Assembly: GCA_000934665.2 (NCBI GenBank)
Contig: JYFJ02000044.1
Location: forward strand, 1 to 64,000
Reading direction: 5' to 3'
Source: Catajapyx aquilonaris
Lineage: Eukaryota
Length of the DNA stretch: 64,000 bases
Made by a program: the position numbers and the translations under genes. Each line of letters begins with the position of its first letter. The stretch's first letter is position 1. This document shows, piece after piece, positions 1-14,000 of this stretch. The notes beneath the pieces were generated by a model. That model was not told the DNA's origin. It saw only the letters and a list, made by a program, of their open reading frames with translations, and did no database searches.

Positions 1-2002
1 TCTGAAATCAATAAATAGGTGGGTTGCCAGTGATGTGTCATAGTGATATATTAGGAGGCCCGGAGTAGCCAAGGTGAGACAGGCGTTGAGCTCGCCCGCG
101 AAAGGATATAGGCTCTCCGCAAAATCCGATGGGGGGGACATACAAAATTTTATAGTATTTTCAAAAAAAAAAGAGTACATAGACTGAACCCTCCCCACAA
201 ATGCTGGTCCGTCTTCAGTGTGAGAAGAGTGGCCGTGTTACTTGAAAGTTAAAACCACGCGTGTGTCTCTGGCGGCCTGCGATCGTCTCATGCGGTAAGC
301 ACCCAAAGTTTGTCTTGGTTTTATTTTATGACTGTGCTTTGCGTTGATGGTACTGGGTTTTACGGGGGGTTGTGAACTCTAACCCCAGCTTTCTAATGGG
401 GTTGACAGGTGTGCAAAAATTTGAGTGTGCCATAATTATACAGGTTGTCATCAAAGTGTAAACCGGTACGATTCAAACGGAAAGGCAGGCCTATTGCGGT
501 TGGGGAGTCTGACACACGTGTGACAGGGAACAACAGTTTGATTGGCCAGACGGTTTTCAAATTCATTTACGAGTGTGCTCTGAAACCTGTCATGACGGAT
601 ATGGCATGACATGCAAGAACCGGGTTTATTTTGGGGCGGGCTTGATTTATACATCCTTAACCGGCCCATTTGATCCGGTCTGAAAGTGTGGTGTGGAGGG
701 AAAAAAGGGGACATGTGACAGTGTCCTCGTGGCGCACACCCTTTTTCCCTCCCACCCACCGAACACTGCCCAAGTGGAGTCGAGCCAAAAACCTCCCCAA
801 GCCGGCTCATTGGCATGCAGGCCAACCTCACGCCAAACTCAACTTGTACAAACCACGCCCGCCATTCACAAAAGCAAGGCCTTTCCACTCACTCAACCTT
901 ACGGACCACGCCACCTGTATACGGGTTTTTTTTTGGGGGGGGGGGGGGNGGGGGGGCACGAATAATTTGATCGGAAACTCTTGAGTGCAAAACTGATCAT
1001 TTAGAGGCATGCATTTTGCTTAAATAAATTTGCAGTGTCCGTATGTTTGTATATGTTGCTACCATATATCCTGCATGTTAGACAACACAAATGACAGGAA
1101 CGGCTGGAGGGTGGCATAACTCGCAGGATATTTACGTGTCTGAAGCGATTATTATTACAAAACTCGCTGTGTTCAAAAATTTGCAAGCAATTTGCGCACA
1201 AATTAGTGGAAATTGCTCGCCAATTAGACCATACATTTTAAACAGGGAAAAGCGTGCAAAAATGCATCAAAATATTCGGATTAAAATTCGCGAATAATTT
1301 TTTCAGCGCCTCGCCACCTTGTTTATAACAGACGCTGCGTGCAGAAACAATGCAAACAAACAATCCGACGCCCTTTTTTCCCCTCCCGGATAAATTAATT
1401 CGGAGGCTGACCCTGGCTTGCAAGCAAAATGTGATATTTTGGGCAGCCCGGTTCTCCCTTCTGCCCTTGCCACCACAACTTTCCCTGTCTGGTGGGCTTT
1501 ATTTTCTCTTCCCCCGCCCCCCTCTTCTCTTCTCTTCTCTTCTCTCTCTCCCTCCCAAAGTTTCCTGCCAGCCCCCGCCACCATTTTGGAGTCAATAAAT
1601 CCTTATTCACTTGCCCCCCTGAGAGTAGACCCCCGCTTTTAGGAAGCAGCACTGCGCCCACGCAGGTCCCTGTTTCCTTGCCCATCCTCCTCCTGCACTA
1701 ATGTGCCACCAAAAGCAGTCTTTCTATTCAGAAAAAAAAAAAATCTCTTAAAGAGACCAGAGTTGAGAGATGTCCGTATATTTTTTGGGGGGTAGGTCTG
1801 AAGCAATGTCGTAGTTTTGCTAAGGTGTTTTTGACCATAATATTTTAATAAAAATTTGAGTCAATTCAACCAATTTATAGGCTACTATGTGACTCACAAA
1901 TTCTAAAATTTTGGAACATTTTTGAACTATTTTTAAAATGATTTATGTACCCTCTTTCCCAAGCTCTTTCCTCTTATCATGAGTGGTCTGTTGGCTCGCT
2001 TA

Positions 2003-2043
2003 AATTATAATTATAATTATTATAATTATTATAATTATTATTA
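2003..2043. repeat. AT-rich (ATT/ATA) simple repeat
   Basis: aattataattataattattataattattataattattatta. Confidence 0.8.
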
Positions 2044-5000
2044 CGTGTTTGTATGTGGTGTAATAACTGGGCCCATGGATGTGATTCATTACATATTGCA
2101 ATATTACAATGCAATATCTAATGTGTGATGGATGAATGCCCTAATGTACTGTAGTGCAGTGTATGAAAGCGCGGTGTAATTAATTTGGATAAATGATAAT
2201 AAGGCTTGTGGTAAAATTGCCTGAAGCAACAACCGTAATGTTTGTTCTAAGACTGCAGTAACAACCGCTATGTTACAAACAAGTATTTTTACGCGTTTTC
2301 CTGGTTCAGTGCATCTTATTACAGTACAATAACATACCGCAGTAACGCCAGCTTAGTTGACTCCCTAGCTTACTGTACAGTTAGTGCAATTGTATGTCTA
2401 AAACTAATAATGATATTCAACTCTTGGCCGCATAATTAGACGCCTAAAATAAGCTCGTCATGTATAACATATGGCGGGTTTCTCATCGTCCAGCACGCGT
2501 CTAGAGAGCTGGGTTGCGTCGGTGGAGATAAAGGCATGCCGTCGGCGGCCCCATAGACGTTGTGCAAATTAACTCTGCCATTCACCGGGTCTCTCCTTTT
2601 GGCTGTTGCGGAATGGCGGCTAGAGTGAGAGAAGAGAGAGAATACGGGTGAGGAGGAGGATGGGGAGGGCTTCCGGGGAAAGGAGGCTTGAAGCCCAGCT
2701 AATGTGCAGCCTCCGAGGAGTGCTTGGGAATTTGATAAGGATCATGCCTTAGTGCTCCCTGGAGACACGTAGCCTATTACTCTAGATATCTACCCGGCGG
2801 GGAAAACTCTCAAGAAACCGGAGGGGACTGAATATTACCAAGCCCATGAGTGACAACAGCTCCAATCATGTCCGCTTCCAAAGTGAAACATATCTCTCAG
2901 CAATGTGGCCAAATCCACAGTCGAAATAAAGGCCTTAATATTATTCCCTGATTTCAGGAAACCCAAGATTTCTGCTCACAAAGGAATCCGGGACGAATTA
3001 AGTGGTCAGGATATGCATATAAAAAGGAGGGAAGATTAGTATATATGCCTTCATCTCTCAGGAAACTCAGTTTAGGAATTTCGAGATTGCAGTATCAATT
3101 TGGCCGTTACTGGATTTTTTTATACTCGAAAATTTGTTGCATAGTTGAAACTTGGGTACGGGTTAGCAGATAATTAATTGAGAAATGCAGCGTCCACTTT
3201 CACCGTCAAGATACAGGGCTCCTTGAGAACGTTATTAAAAATTATATGCGCTAGTGTTCATTTACTGTAGTGCCCTCAAACTAAAATATTTCGTAGTCGT
3301 TGCTGGTCCTCCGTTCATATTTCAAGTACCGGTACTCTAAGGGAGGGGGAGGGGCACATAAATAATTTTCTGAAGACCTGCCAAACATGTGGAGAACCTC
3401 CACTTTACATGCTTCTTGAAGAATTGATTTCCTTTGGGAATCAGTTAAAACCCGCTCGAATTATTTTTTTTCTCCCTTCCCGAACAGCGTATATAGATTG
3501 ATCATGCAGCGCAAACCAGATTTGGATATGACCCCTTCAGGTTGTTTGTTCCTCCCAAATTGGTTTTGATTCCCGGTTACCCCACCGCCATAAATAAAAC
3601 CCGTCGAATCAAGGGTCGTGTTTGGCCAAAGATGTTTACGCAAAAAAAAAATATATGAAAGTACATCAATCCTGTAGGTGTCCAACCTATCTGTCATTCT
3701 ATAGTCCTGTCCACTCCTTTTCTATCCTCCTGGGGGGGAAAAAGGGAGAGTCCGGAGTATTGCGCCAGCTGGTTGCTGCCATCCGGATGACAAATGGCCC
3801 TGTTCCCCACCCCATCCCATTCCCAGCAAACCCTCCCAAAAAGCCCCATTCATACCAGCTACAGGTTGTGGCACGCCCTTTTTCCCAACGCCGACATAAT
3901 ATTCGCAATACAACTTTAATAAACGGAGTCGGCTTGTTAATATTTTTTAGAGCTATGAAAAAATGGCAATAACAAAATATAAGGAGTTCCAAACTGCCTT
4001 TTTCGAAGCCCTACCCACCCTGGAGGTGAAACGTGCCTTTTACAGGCTACGGGTATTGACTGGGATGATAAAATTACAGGGGAAGTAAAAAATCAATTAA
4101 CCGGCGGCCTTAATGCCATTAATGTAATGATCGGTAAACTCTTCACGGAGACAGTGGCACGTCTGCGGGAAGAGAAATTCTAGAGAGTTCTCTTTTTTTT
4201 GTGTAAATAATTTCCAGCCGATTGTGGAGGGGGACATTTTTTTTGGATTTTTGGAGGGAATAATTGTAAAATAACGTGGAAAGCAGCTCCGGCAACTTCA
4301 ACGCTAACCGATTTGATTGTGTAACGGGCAATCTCAGGGCTACAGGCGCTCTTGCATATTTATATTGTATCCACGGGCAGCAGCCAATACGTTTCACTTT
4401 GCAATGTCAACAAGTTGCTGGAGAGAGCCAGGGAGAGGGTGGGGATATACATTTTCCTCCCAGCTTTTCCCTCCCCCCACCCTCTCCCAACTCTCTTGCT
4501 ATTTTATGGCCAGCCCGCAGCCCTTAGGTTCTACGCAACATTTTGCAAATCACTGTGCATGCGGAACTTTGGCACAATTAATATTGCAAGTGACTACAGA
4601 CCAGGCCTCCAGTTAAGTAAGGTTGAACCTAAGTCGGCAACAAAAGGTGTTCGTATCAACTGTTGTATCCACCTTGGGCGTACGAGTTTACCAATAAGTA
4701 TATGCATGGGCTTACAACGTGTGGGAACATTGCCAATTATGGGCGGTACAAAAGGCTTTTGGTTCATTCATGCCTAATTGGTTCTTTGAATATGGCTCAT
4801 TGCGACACTATCACCTTATTTAATATATTATTGCAAAAATTATATTTAGAGTGAACTTCATTATTTGGCGCAAGTATGGCGGAGTTACGGTTCATTTGCC
4901 CGCTTGTTTCGAATCAACAGCCCCTTTCGATGAAAAGTGAGAAGCCCGATGCGTTCAACGCAATTTCGCAAACCTGGTACCCCGCTTTGTGTAAGAGCTT

Positions 5001-8000
5001 TTGACACCATGGCTAAATTACCACCTAATTTTGGCGGCACTGCTTGCGGTTTGTACCCAGATCAAAACCCACCTACCCTTTTCCCTGTTACCACGTCATT
5101 GCTGCGAGTTCCATTTTTTTTAAAAACATCCCCCCTGGCAGCAAAACCATAGTTTAAACTGCGCCAGAGAGAGATACGGAATTGATAAGAGATATGAAAA
5201 CGCATTATGACACGGGCTGATCCCATGGACCGGCCAATTTCCAAAACCATTTTGGTGGCGTTTCCATCTCGCTCTGTAGGATTCACAAACGTTCGTATAT
5301 TATAATAATACCCGCGAGCAATCAATAGCCAAGCGTAATTAGTGTAATTTTCACATATTCCCCGTCGTGGTCAGTGCTCCATTTGAACCCGCACTCTGTG
5401 TATCGGTTAACCCCTAATGAACCGCAAACGCAGATCCGTTGGCCAGTAAATATTGGGGACCTTTTGAGTGCCGACAGACACTTGTCTGCCAGTACCACTC
5501 CTCGGTTAGCTAACCAGGAGTTGGCTAATCGGCAGTTTGTTAATCAGGAGGATTTCGCCTCCATGTGTAAGTAATGATGGCACTGCAGCAGCCCGCTTCC
5601 TCTTCAATGGAATATTTAACAAAGCAGCAGGTTTTGCGGAGCGAAAGGCAAGGAGAATGGAAAGCCTTGTTAGCGGGCTGGAGAAAGTCCGAGGAAAAGT
5701 TATACAGAGGTAATTGGCGATTTTTTCCAACCCCCCCTACCCCGCCCTTTCTGACTTGGTCGCCAGTTTTCCGGGTCTGGTATATAACTAACTTTTTTTT
5801 TTTTTTTTGAAGGTTCGTGTTTACAGTGCGGTTCTGCTCACAAACACTAGTTTGTGACGCGTCATATACGGTGGTTGTTGATTGGATATGCAATGACGGT
5901 GAATAGTTTGCAATTTGTACGGGTGCCGCCTGATCACCACATAAAGTCCGGTCGTGGGGAGGATTGGTTGAGGGGGAGGGGGGTGCAGAAAATCGATCTC
6001 GTTTGATAATGACTATGGTGTCAAATTTTGTGACATTTGAAAATTTTGGGTGAAAATTTTTAGAAATATGTTCTGACAGGTTTAGTTACGAAGTCGTGCA
6101 ATTCCTCAATTTTTTTTCCTGTCCATTTGATTGTACAGTATAGCCGTTGTTGGACATGCAAGTGGACTGTCCTGCACTTTTTTTCGCACCTCGTAAATAC
6201 TATCCAACAGCTTCTATTCTAACAAATCCGGACAAATTTGTGTACTGTACCGGTGTTTTTTTTGTAGCACCCCCCATGTCGAGAGAGGAGGTATGCCAGG
6301 GTTACTGTACCGGTGGCAGTGAGTGACGTGTCATTCGCCAAGCGTCAATCACTTTTAATCCGTTCCTACTGCTTTATTGTCGCCCCAAAATGATCTGACC
6401 GGAAGTCATGCTGTGTTGCCAATTGTGCGGCGCCTTTGTTCTCTCTGGGGGCCGAATCGCTGCCGACGACAAGTGCACGCGGCGTTAAATGTTGGTCGCC
6501 CCCCCCCCCCCCCCNCCCCCAAATACCGTTAATTTCTGTGAATTTGTATTTTTGTTCTCCAACCAGCACCCCCCCTTCCATGCACACACAAAAAAACTCT
6601 ATGATGTTGTTTTTGTAACGACTCTTGGTAAAATCCACGCATATGACACCTGTTTAATTCATGTTCGGACCTGTTTACACGTAGACATTATTAGGTTCCG
6701 ACACACACAATTATCGGGCATGGAAATTCCAACTCTCGATTCAGCAAATACGTTACCAAAAATAATACAAAAAAAATCCGGCACAATTTTGTCAAATCTT
6801 GTGTGATTTGGGTTGCGTCATGCTAGGATGAAAAATCCCAGGTGGAAGTATACTTTGGGTTTAAAATCTCTTCATTTTAGTGACAAATCGCAAGCTTCCG
6901 ACCCAGATACTTGTCTAATAATTACGCCTCCAAGTTGGGTCCTTGTCGTAATATTTAACGAGTTTCTACTGAATGCAGCGGTAGTTGGCACTAAATTGGA
7001 GGAAATGCATTAGTCCCCATTTAGAGAAGGAAGATGAGGCCCACAATGACGCAGGAGTTCCCCTTCCCTCCCCCTCCCCTCTCTCCATATATATACAGTG
7101 CAAAGTATAGATACTTGCCGTATAGTCCCGGGCAAGGCGCTGACGTGAAGGGAAAGACTTTGACCAAAAGGAGAGTCTGAAAGGAGGGTAGGGAGGAGGA
7201 GGAGGAGGAGGAGGCTGCTTTTCCAGGAGATGCTGCTTTTCTTTCATCTCGTCTCGACTTAACTACAGAGAATTGGAAAGGAGCTTGCGAAACTGCTAAG
7301 AGTATTAAAGAGGAGGAAGGGTTCTTTGGGACAGATTACATTCCCAACGCTCCGCTCTAATAACGTTTAGCTCCACGAACGGTTGAATTTGAACACTTGC
7401 GTCCCCGTACAAGGCTACACGGCGGACTGCTTTTCAGTCTTTTGCGAATGCTTCCCAGCAGGATTCCTCGGGGCTAAGGTACCCACGCTTTGTTTCTAAC
7501 ATGTCTCCGGCCATTGTTATTTACCATGCTCCCCGAAGCTGATTGTAGGGGGATGGAAGCAGCAGACTACCTAATAAGAAATGTGCATGATTATTGCAGC
7601 AAAGGCTGAGTCTTAATATATGCAAGACACGTCCATGTTTCGAGGCTGTGTTGTTGGATAATGCAGAGTAACTTGAACCGACTTGTGGAGACGGAACACC
7701 GAATGTTCCGGCTTCTCTACAACTGTACATTGAGAGGTGTAATGTCCCCAGGCCATCAGTCAGACTGCCAGGGACAAATTGCGTCCGGATTAGTAGTCGT
7801 CCGTGATGGCATATTCGGGCGAATACAAATGCTGGAAACGTCGAGGCGAGTTACCGGAAATGATTGCAGCTCCATCTTGGAAACTTGGGGAGGTTGCTCT
7901 CAATCTTTCTCCGTCTGTTGAAAATCCGGGAGGCACTGTGCCTTCACCTCCATGGCTGGCAGAGACAATGCCCCGCCAACCACACCGTAATTGATTTAAT

Positions 8001-11000
8001 TTTCCGACAAATTGATTCGGTTTGGCATCCATTTGCGAAGGCCTCCAGAAACTCTGCAAATATATCCTGGCCCTCACCAATTTGGAAGAGCTCTCTCTTG
8101 TCTTTTTGCAAACTCCCACAGCAACCCCCACCCCTCAAGAGCATCCAAAAGTACTTTTCCAACCAACTTTTTGCCCCATTACTTTGTACCAGTTGGGACA
8201 AAGTGCTTGTCGGCTATCGTTAAAACCCCTCGAAAACTTTATCTGGGACAGCTCTGGTGTTGATATATGTCGCCACAAACTTGCCATTGATTAATCCATA
8301 TTTATAATCTTTGTTTAAATTAACCATGCTCATAAGCAGTTACAAGCCTTGTCTAACGCTTGATCCGTTGCTTTTTTTTGCGACCTTTGACCACCACGTT
8401 AAGTCCTTTTCACGTAGAGCCGATAAACAAGTAGGATACAACTGATATCCCGGCGAATTATGAACAACCGAGCGTTTGTGAGAGAGTTTGGAAAACATGT
8501 CGATTGAATGCACAACAGGTTGTCTTTTGTGCCTCAGTGTAGACATAAATTAATTGGGCTGCACCTGGATTTAGGGACAGTGCAGCCAGTACATCCTTTC
8601 AAGTCATATAATCTGTAAACACTGGCTTTTGGTGGGGATTGTTGGTGTGCACCGACAAAGTAGCAGCTTGCTTGCCCAGAGTATTATAGTCAAATATTAT
8701 TCTACATGCATTGAGTAGGGCTTGGGTGTTTTGTAAGGCAGCAGATTGCTTCTAGTCTCATTAAATTGTCATATACCTGAAAGTACTGGGCTCAGTATTA
8801 ATTTTTAAACCGGCTAAAAATGTTTGAATAGGTCTAATATGCTACAATTTAAATTCAGGTATAATAGTTCATTCTCATTGAATTTTGTAATTTTTTTGGG
8901 ACCTACGTCCTTATTTGTCGGTGTACTGTACATACTGAGAAATTTTGAATGGTGGTCCAACTTGTGGAGTGGGCCAATTTGTGAGCCTCAATGTCAACAG
9001 ACTTACAGGGTCGAGTCAATACAATGCGGGCGGTAATGGCAGCAGGACTAATTATGTCATATTGTCTAGTGCAATAAATTTTGTAGGTGGTAACATGTGG
9101 TTGTGAATCCCAGGCTACCCATAGCATAAAATGACTTGTCAGGATGATTGGAAAATTACGTGAACGTTTATGCGCAATAATTGATATTGATGTGAGAACC
9201 GTGGCATTTACAGTTCTGCTAATGTTTCCGCAATGTATGTATTTTGCTGGGTTGTTTTCAATAGTTTTTTTATTTTTAAATGCGGTTAGTCACGTCATGG
9301 TTCACCCGTGGTAATTATTACGACATCGTGTTCCTTCCCGAGCGGGTATTATCGACGACCGAGTTTTCGAGGATGAAAAGTCCCAATGCTCGTTGGCCTA
9401 ATGTACGGTCTAAGACTCATCAACTCAACTTGTGATCCTCGTGACTCCCACTTCCAAATCCAATCTTTTATGCCGCCAAGATTGGGCAAGGATCAATAAA
9501 TAACAGGGCGGGAAGGAAGGAGGGAGAGGGGAAGGAAGGAGGAAAAGGGGGGAGGATTCAGCCTCCCTTTTCCTCACTCTTTTTGCCCCTCCCAAAAATT
9601 TCCCGAGGGGATTTCGCGCTCTGCACTTTCTACAGGATGATTATTCGTGCTGAGGGGAGAAGGAGGAGGAGGCATCTCCCCCCCTCCCCTTTTTTCCCTT
9701 TTTAGCCCCCCCCCCCCCGTCCCTCCAACTCTCTCTACCAAGAAACTCGCCTTTCTTCAGAATTTAAGGCATGTTCTGGCAACCATGCTTAATATCAATA
9801 TGGGTGTCTGAAGAATTGATGGATTTTTTAATACTCAAGCGCGTCCTGAGAGAAATATCAGATCATGACAGAGGTCATTAACATGGGGGCCATGTTTGTG
9901 GAGTCAACCCCCATCAATTCTTTCCAGCAAAGCATTTGTGCTGTTTGCAAATGGGATTTAAATAATTTGGGAATTGGTGTTGGCATAGTGCAGTTGACTA
10001 TTTCTTTTTATTTACTCACCCTCAGCAGAGGTATACCAAACCCAAGATCAGCAGTCGTTCAACAAAAGGTCAAAAAATAACGAACTCGTGAAATGATAAC
10101 CACGATGAAAAATGAAAATGAAATGAGACAAACAGTAATAATAATGCCAACAAAAATGTACATATATGTACTGACATACAGTACTTTATTAAACACCTGC
10201 CCACTCCATAATCAACTTGGAAGAAAATTATTCGCTTGGCAAGCCATCATTGAGAGAGGCTGTGTGATATTACGCGAATTGAATCGCGAAAAAATATGTT
10301 CTCAGAACCTCCCATAACTACAAATTATAATACTATTGCAGCTATTATATTGCAGTTTCTCTGAAGAAGGAATGTGTATTGCACACATTTGTTTATATGC
10401 AATGGATCGAATCAGTCGATAATTCTGGAATATATCTAGCATTCCAAATTGATGCTAATAATCGCAATTATTTTGAAACGTTATAAGAAGAAAAAACAAA
10501 CAGCACAGTAGCAGTTTACTCGATCTGTTCCGCAGTTCAAACACCTGAACACCTTTCGGTTTATACGGAGTCAACCATACCCACCCCTGACAGTTTAACC
10601 ATTGGCAAGCGCCAGTGGAGAGAAATAACTCAAAGTGAACACGTCGAACAGAATTGCCTTGTGTTGTGGCGGATCCCGGATCTTGTTAGGCACATCCAGG
10701 GACGGCTTTGCTGTCCTCCAATTTCCTTAGTGTCCAACCAACCCTCCAGTCCAAACTGGCTAACTGTGAGAATCCAATCATCAAATTAGCCCTAGTCTCC
10801 CCACCACCCCTTACCCTCCTTTTACTGTCCCAAGACATCAGGATCGAGCCAGAAAGAAGATATATATTCTATACAATACTGCAGCCTTTTGAGCCTCCTT
10901 AGTTATTTTTCTAAAAAACTACCCAGCAATTAGAAACGTGGAACAGTTCACCCAGCTTTTTAGGCTTTCCTCTGAAGTTGCGCCAGAGAGGCTATTTCTA

Positions 11001-14000
11001 CTTTAATTGCATTTCAATGCTGAAAGGGGGCCATGCATTTATAATTGCGACCACGAAACATGTGCTTGCAAAAAAAATGGCGTTTTCCCTCCCCCTAAAA
11101 AAAGCGGACTCTTCAAACGCCCAAAAGAGAAAAGTGCATGAATCTACATCCACTTTTTTTTTGGACCTCCCTTTTTCTCAACTCTAGTGGGGGGTTCCCT
11201 GGAGATTTGCAACGTGTTTGGCTGCCTAATGAAAATGGTGGCGTTCTCAGCGGAGGAATTAGGCAAAAAGGCCTCCGAAATGAAAAAAAATTGGGAGGGG
11301 GAGGGGTAGGGAGTAGGGGGATGGAGGAGAAACGGAAAAAAAGAGAGGGCCGAAGGATTATTTGTCATTCCAGCGAGAGTGTTTCGGTCGTGGGAAGTTT
11401 TTTTTTGCAGGGGAAAAGGGGATGAAACGCGCAGATTGGGCCCATTATGACAGCGATTAGGAAAACCGTGAGGGTTTGCACGTTAACTACCAAAGAGTTT
11501 GTTACCCCAGTAATGAATGAGTCGCTTGGGAATAAATTCACTCAGTTTTCCAAGGGAAAAATTTGGGACCCCGAAGCGATTTTCCAAAATTACGTGTGTG
11601 TCCTGGACACTTGTGTGCGTTTGTTAGTATTTTCCTTGGGGTATGTGATGTGCATGGGTCGTACTATAGTTTTGGGGGTAGTATATAGAAAGGAGAGGCC
11701 GAACTGGCTGCAAGGCTATGAGGAAAAGCGACTCCGGAAACTGTCAAACGCAGGGTTTGGGTGTCAGAGCGAAAAGCTGGGAGGGATCTGCAGCCCACCT
11801 CATTTCCTTTCCCCCCCCCCTCCCCACCGAAAATTCTGCCTTCCCAACTCTGGAAAATATACCAGAGCATTGCTGCCACAACTCTCCAGCAAACTCGGTG
11901 CAAAACAATCAAGACACCGGACTTTTGCACACACACACACAAAAAAATCACAGACATATGACATATCTGGGATTAATATGGCCGAATTGTACCCTAATAT
12001 CGCTCAACTTTTTTTTGTGTCAAAAAGAACGCCTGAGGCTGGCAATAAGAATTTTATGGCTGGCGAATGCATTGGGATGGAAAACCCAGGAGGGAATTCG
12101 GGGTCGTTGATGATTAATATGCAGCTCAGTCCCGGGTGCAATCGGGTCAAGAGTGCAGACGAAATCAGAACTCGACCCCAGCCATCCATTTTGATCGAGT
12201 TTTATCCTAGTCGAGGCTGCGCTGCTTCCGACATGTATGCGAACCACCACAATAATCAGACATTCAGATTCCATGAATTGGTGGCAATTACCAATATTTT
12301 TTGTGGCTACATAAAAGTGCATTCCAGAGCGTGACCCGGGCTGGGTTGAATAGGTCGTTACAAAGATAAAAAGAGCGAATGTTGCCCTCTCCAAACGAGT
12401 GCCAATTTATAAGTCGGCGCCTGCCTGATCGATGGGCATTAATAAGCTGTATACTTCAATCAATGCTGATATTTAGCGTGAATGTTAATTAGAAGCGAGC
12501 GTAATTGAACCCTCGTGGGCTGTGTATAGAGTATAGCTTAATTTGATTATTGCTGGCTATAGTTTTCGGCATTACTTTATTTGCCGCTTTCAATAGCGCG
12601 CACGTGCGTGTATTGCGTTTGTGCATAATCTATTACAAGCCCTGCGAGCTCAGCTGCCCCCCACAGGGTCAATCAGATTACAGATCATTGAGCAAAGATG
12701 TTTTTTTTTTTGAAAAAATCTATAAAACATATTGCGAGTATTAATTTTTGCATTTTGGACAGTCCATGCGTGCATCATCAATTGATTGTGGCCTGTCAGA
12801 GGCAACAAACTTGGTCCATCATTAGCTTCAGACCGACCTCTACTCGAATGGCAGATCAATTTGCGCAAACCAAAGGCTTTCCACTCCGATTCGAGTAAAA
12901 GCCTGATATGCCGCGGTGGAAACTCCATCTTGGGGGGGGAGAAGGACCACCCTTTCCATTCCCCTCCAACACCACCACCATCAACCCCCCCCCCCCCCTT
13001 CAACATAACCCCCCCTTTTCCAACCTCCCCACTTCAAAAGTTTATGAATTGGATTGCTGTCAGAAACAGATGTGCCATTTTGTAACTGGTTGAAAATGGA
13101 GTGGCAGACATCCCCCGCTGTGCTCCAAATAGAGACCTCGGGAGCCGCATGTACCCCCGTACGTGACGGAACATAAACTTACTCCGGACGTTACCAAAAA
13201 AAACACACTCCTCGCTTGTTTACTTATTTGCGGGCGACCCATTCTAGCACTATAATGAGTAAATGCGACCGAATATTTGTCGAAATATGTTTCGTATATG
13301 ATTCTGACGAAAACTGGGGTGAAGAAATTGAGAGAAAAAAGTGAGAGTGGAGAAAGAAACGAGGTAGGGATTCTCAAGAAAATCTCTGGGTCGCTTTGGG
13401 AGCCCCGCTGCACTTTGCCAAATCCCTCCAACTGTCTTTTTTTTCTCTTCTTCTTCTATCTTCTTCGAGTCCCCCCCCCCCTTCCCCCCCCCTCCACCTC
13501 TCTTGCACACTATCCTATCCCGCTGCTTTTCTTGTGGAGCATTGTCAGTTTCCCATAAAGCTCCAGATGGTTAGGTCTAGTTGATATTGACGGCAGGCAG
13601 CGTCAGAAGGAGGCATATATTTGACGCCATATTCTGAGCCTAAAATTCCAAAGCAGCTATCGGAAAATATAGCAGCGATTTTTTTGTCACTGCTACTGGA
13701 GCAACGACATTTAGTTGATTAAATGCAATTTGGCGAATAAGGTTCGAAATCAACTGCCATTACTTTCTGTTGGCAGCCATGATGGGCAGAGTTGCAGGTG
13801 ACTGGCGCAGCACAAGCGTTATCAACTGGTCTGGCGACATCAAAGCGAGGCGTGAGAGTTTGGTGGCAGCTCCACTTTGGCCACTTCCACAAGGGAGGGA
13901 TGGGGGGGGGGGGGGNGTTGTGGACTTGTGGAGGGGGCTTTGGAAATTTTGGGAGAGACATGGGGGGGATGGGAATCGAATCGTCAGAGCTCTCAGTCTG

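Noticed and set aside
11447..12334. 295-aa ORF in the presumed IA-2 intron
   Set aside because: No recognisable domain. It runs through poly-C, (CA)n and poly-A/T tracts, and is plausible by chance in 64 kb.
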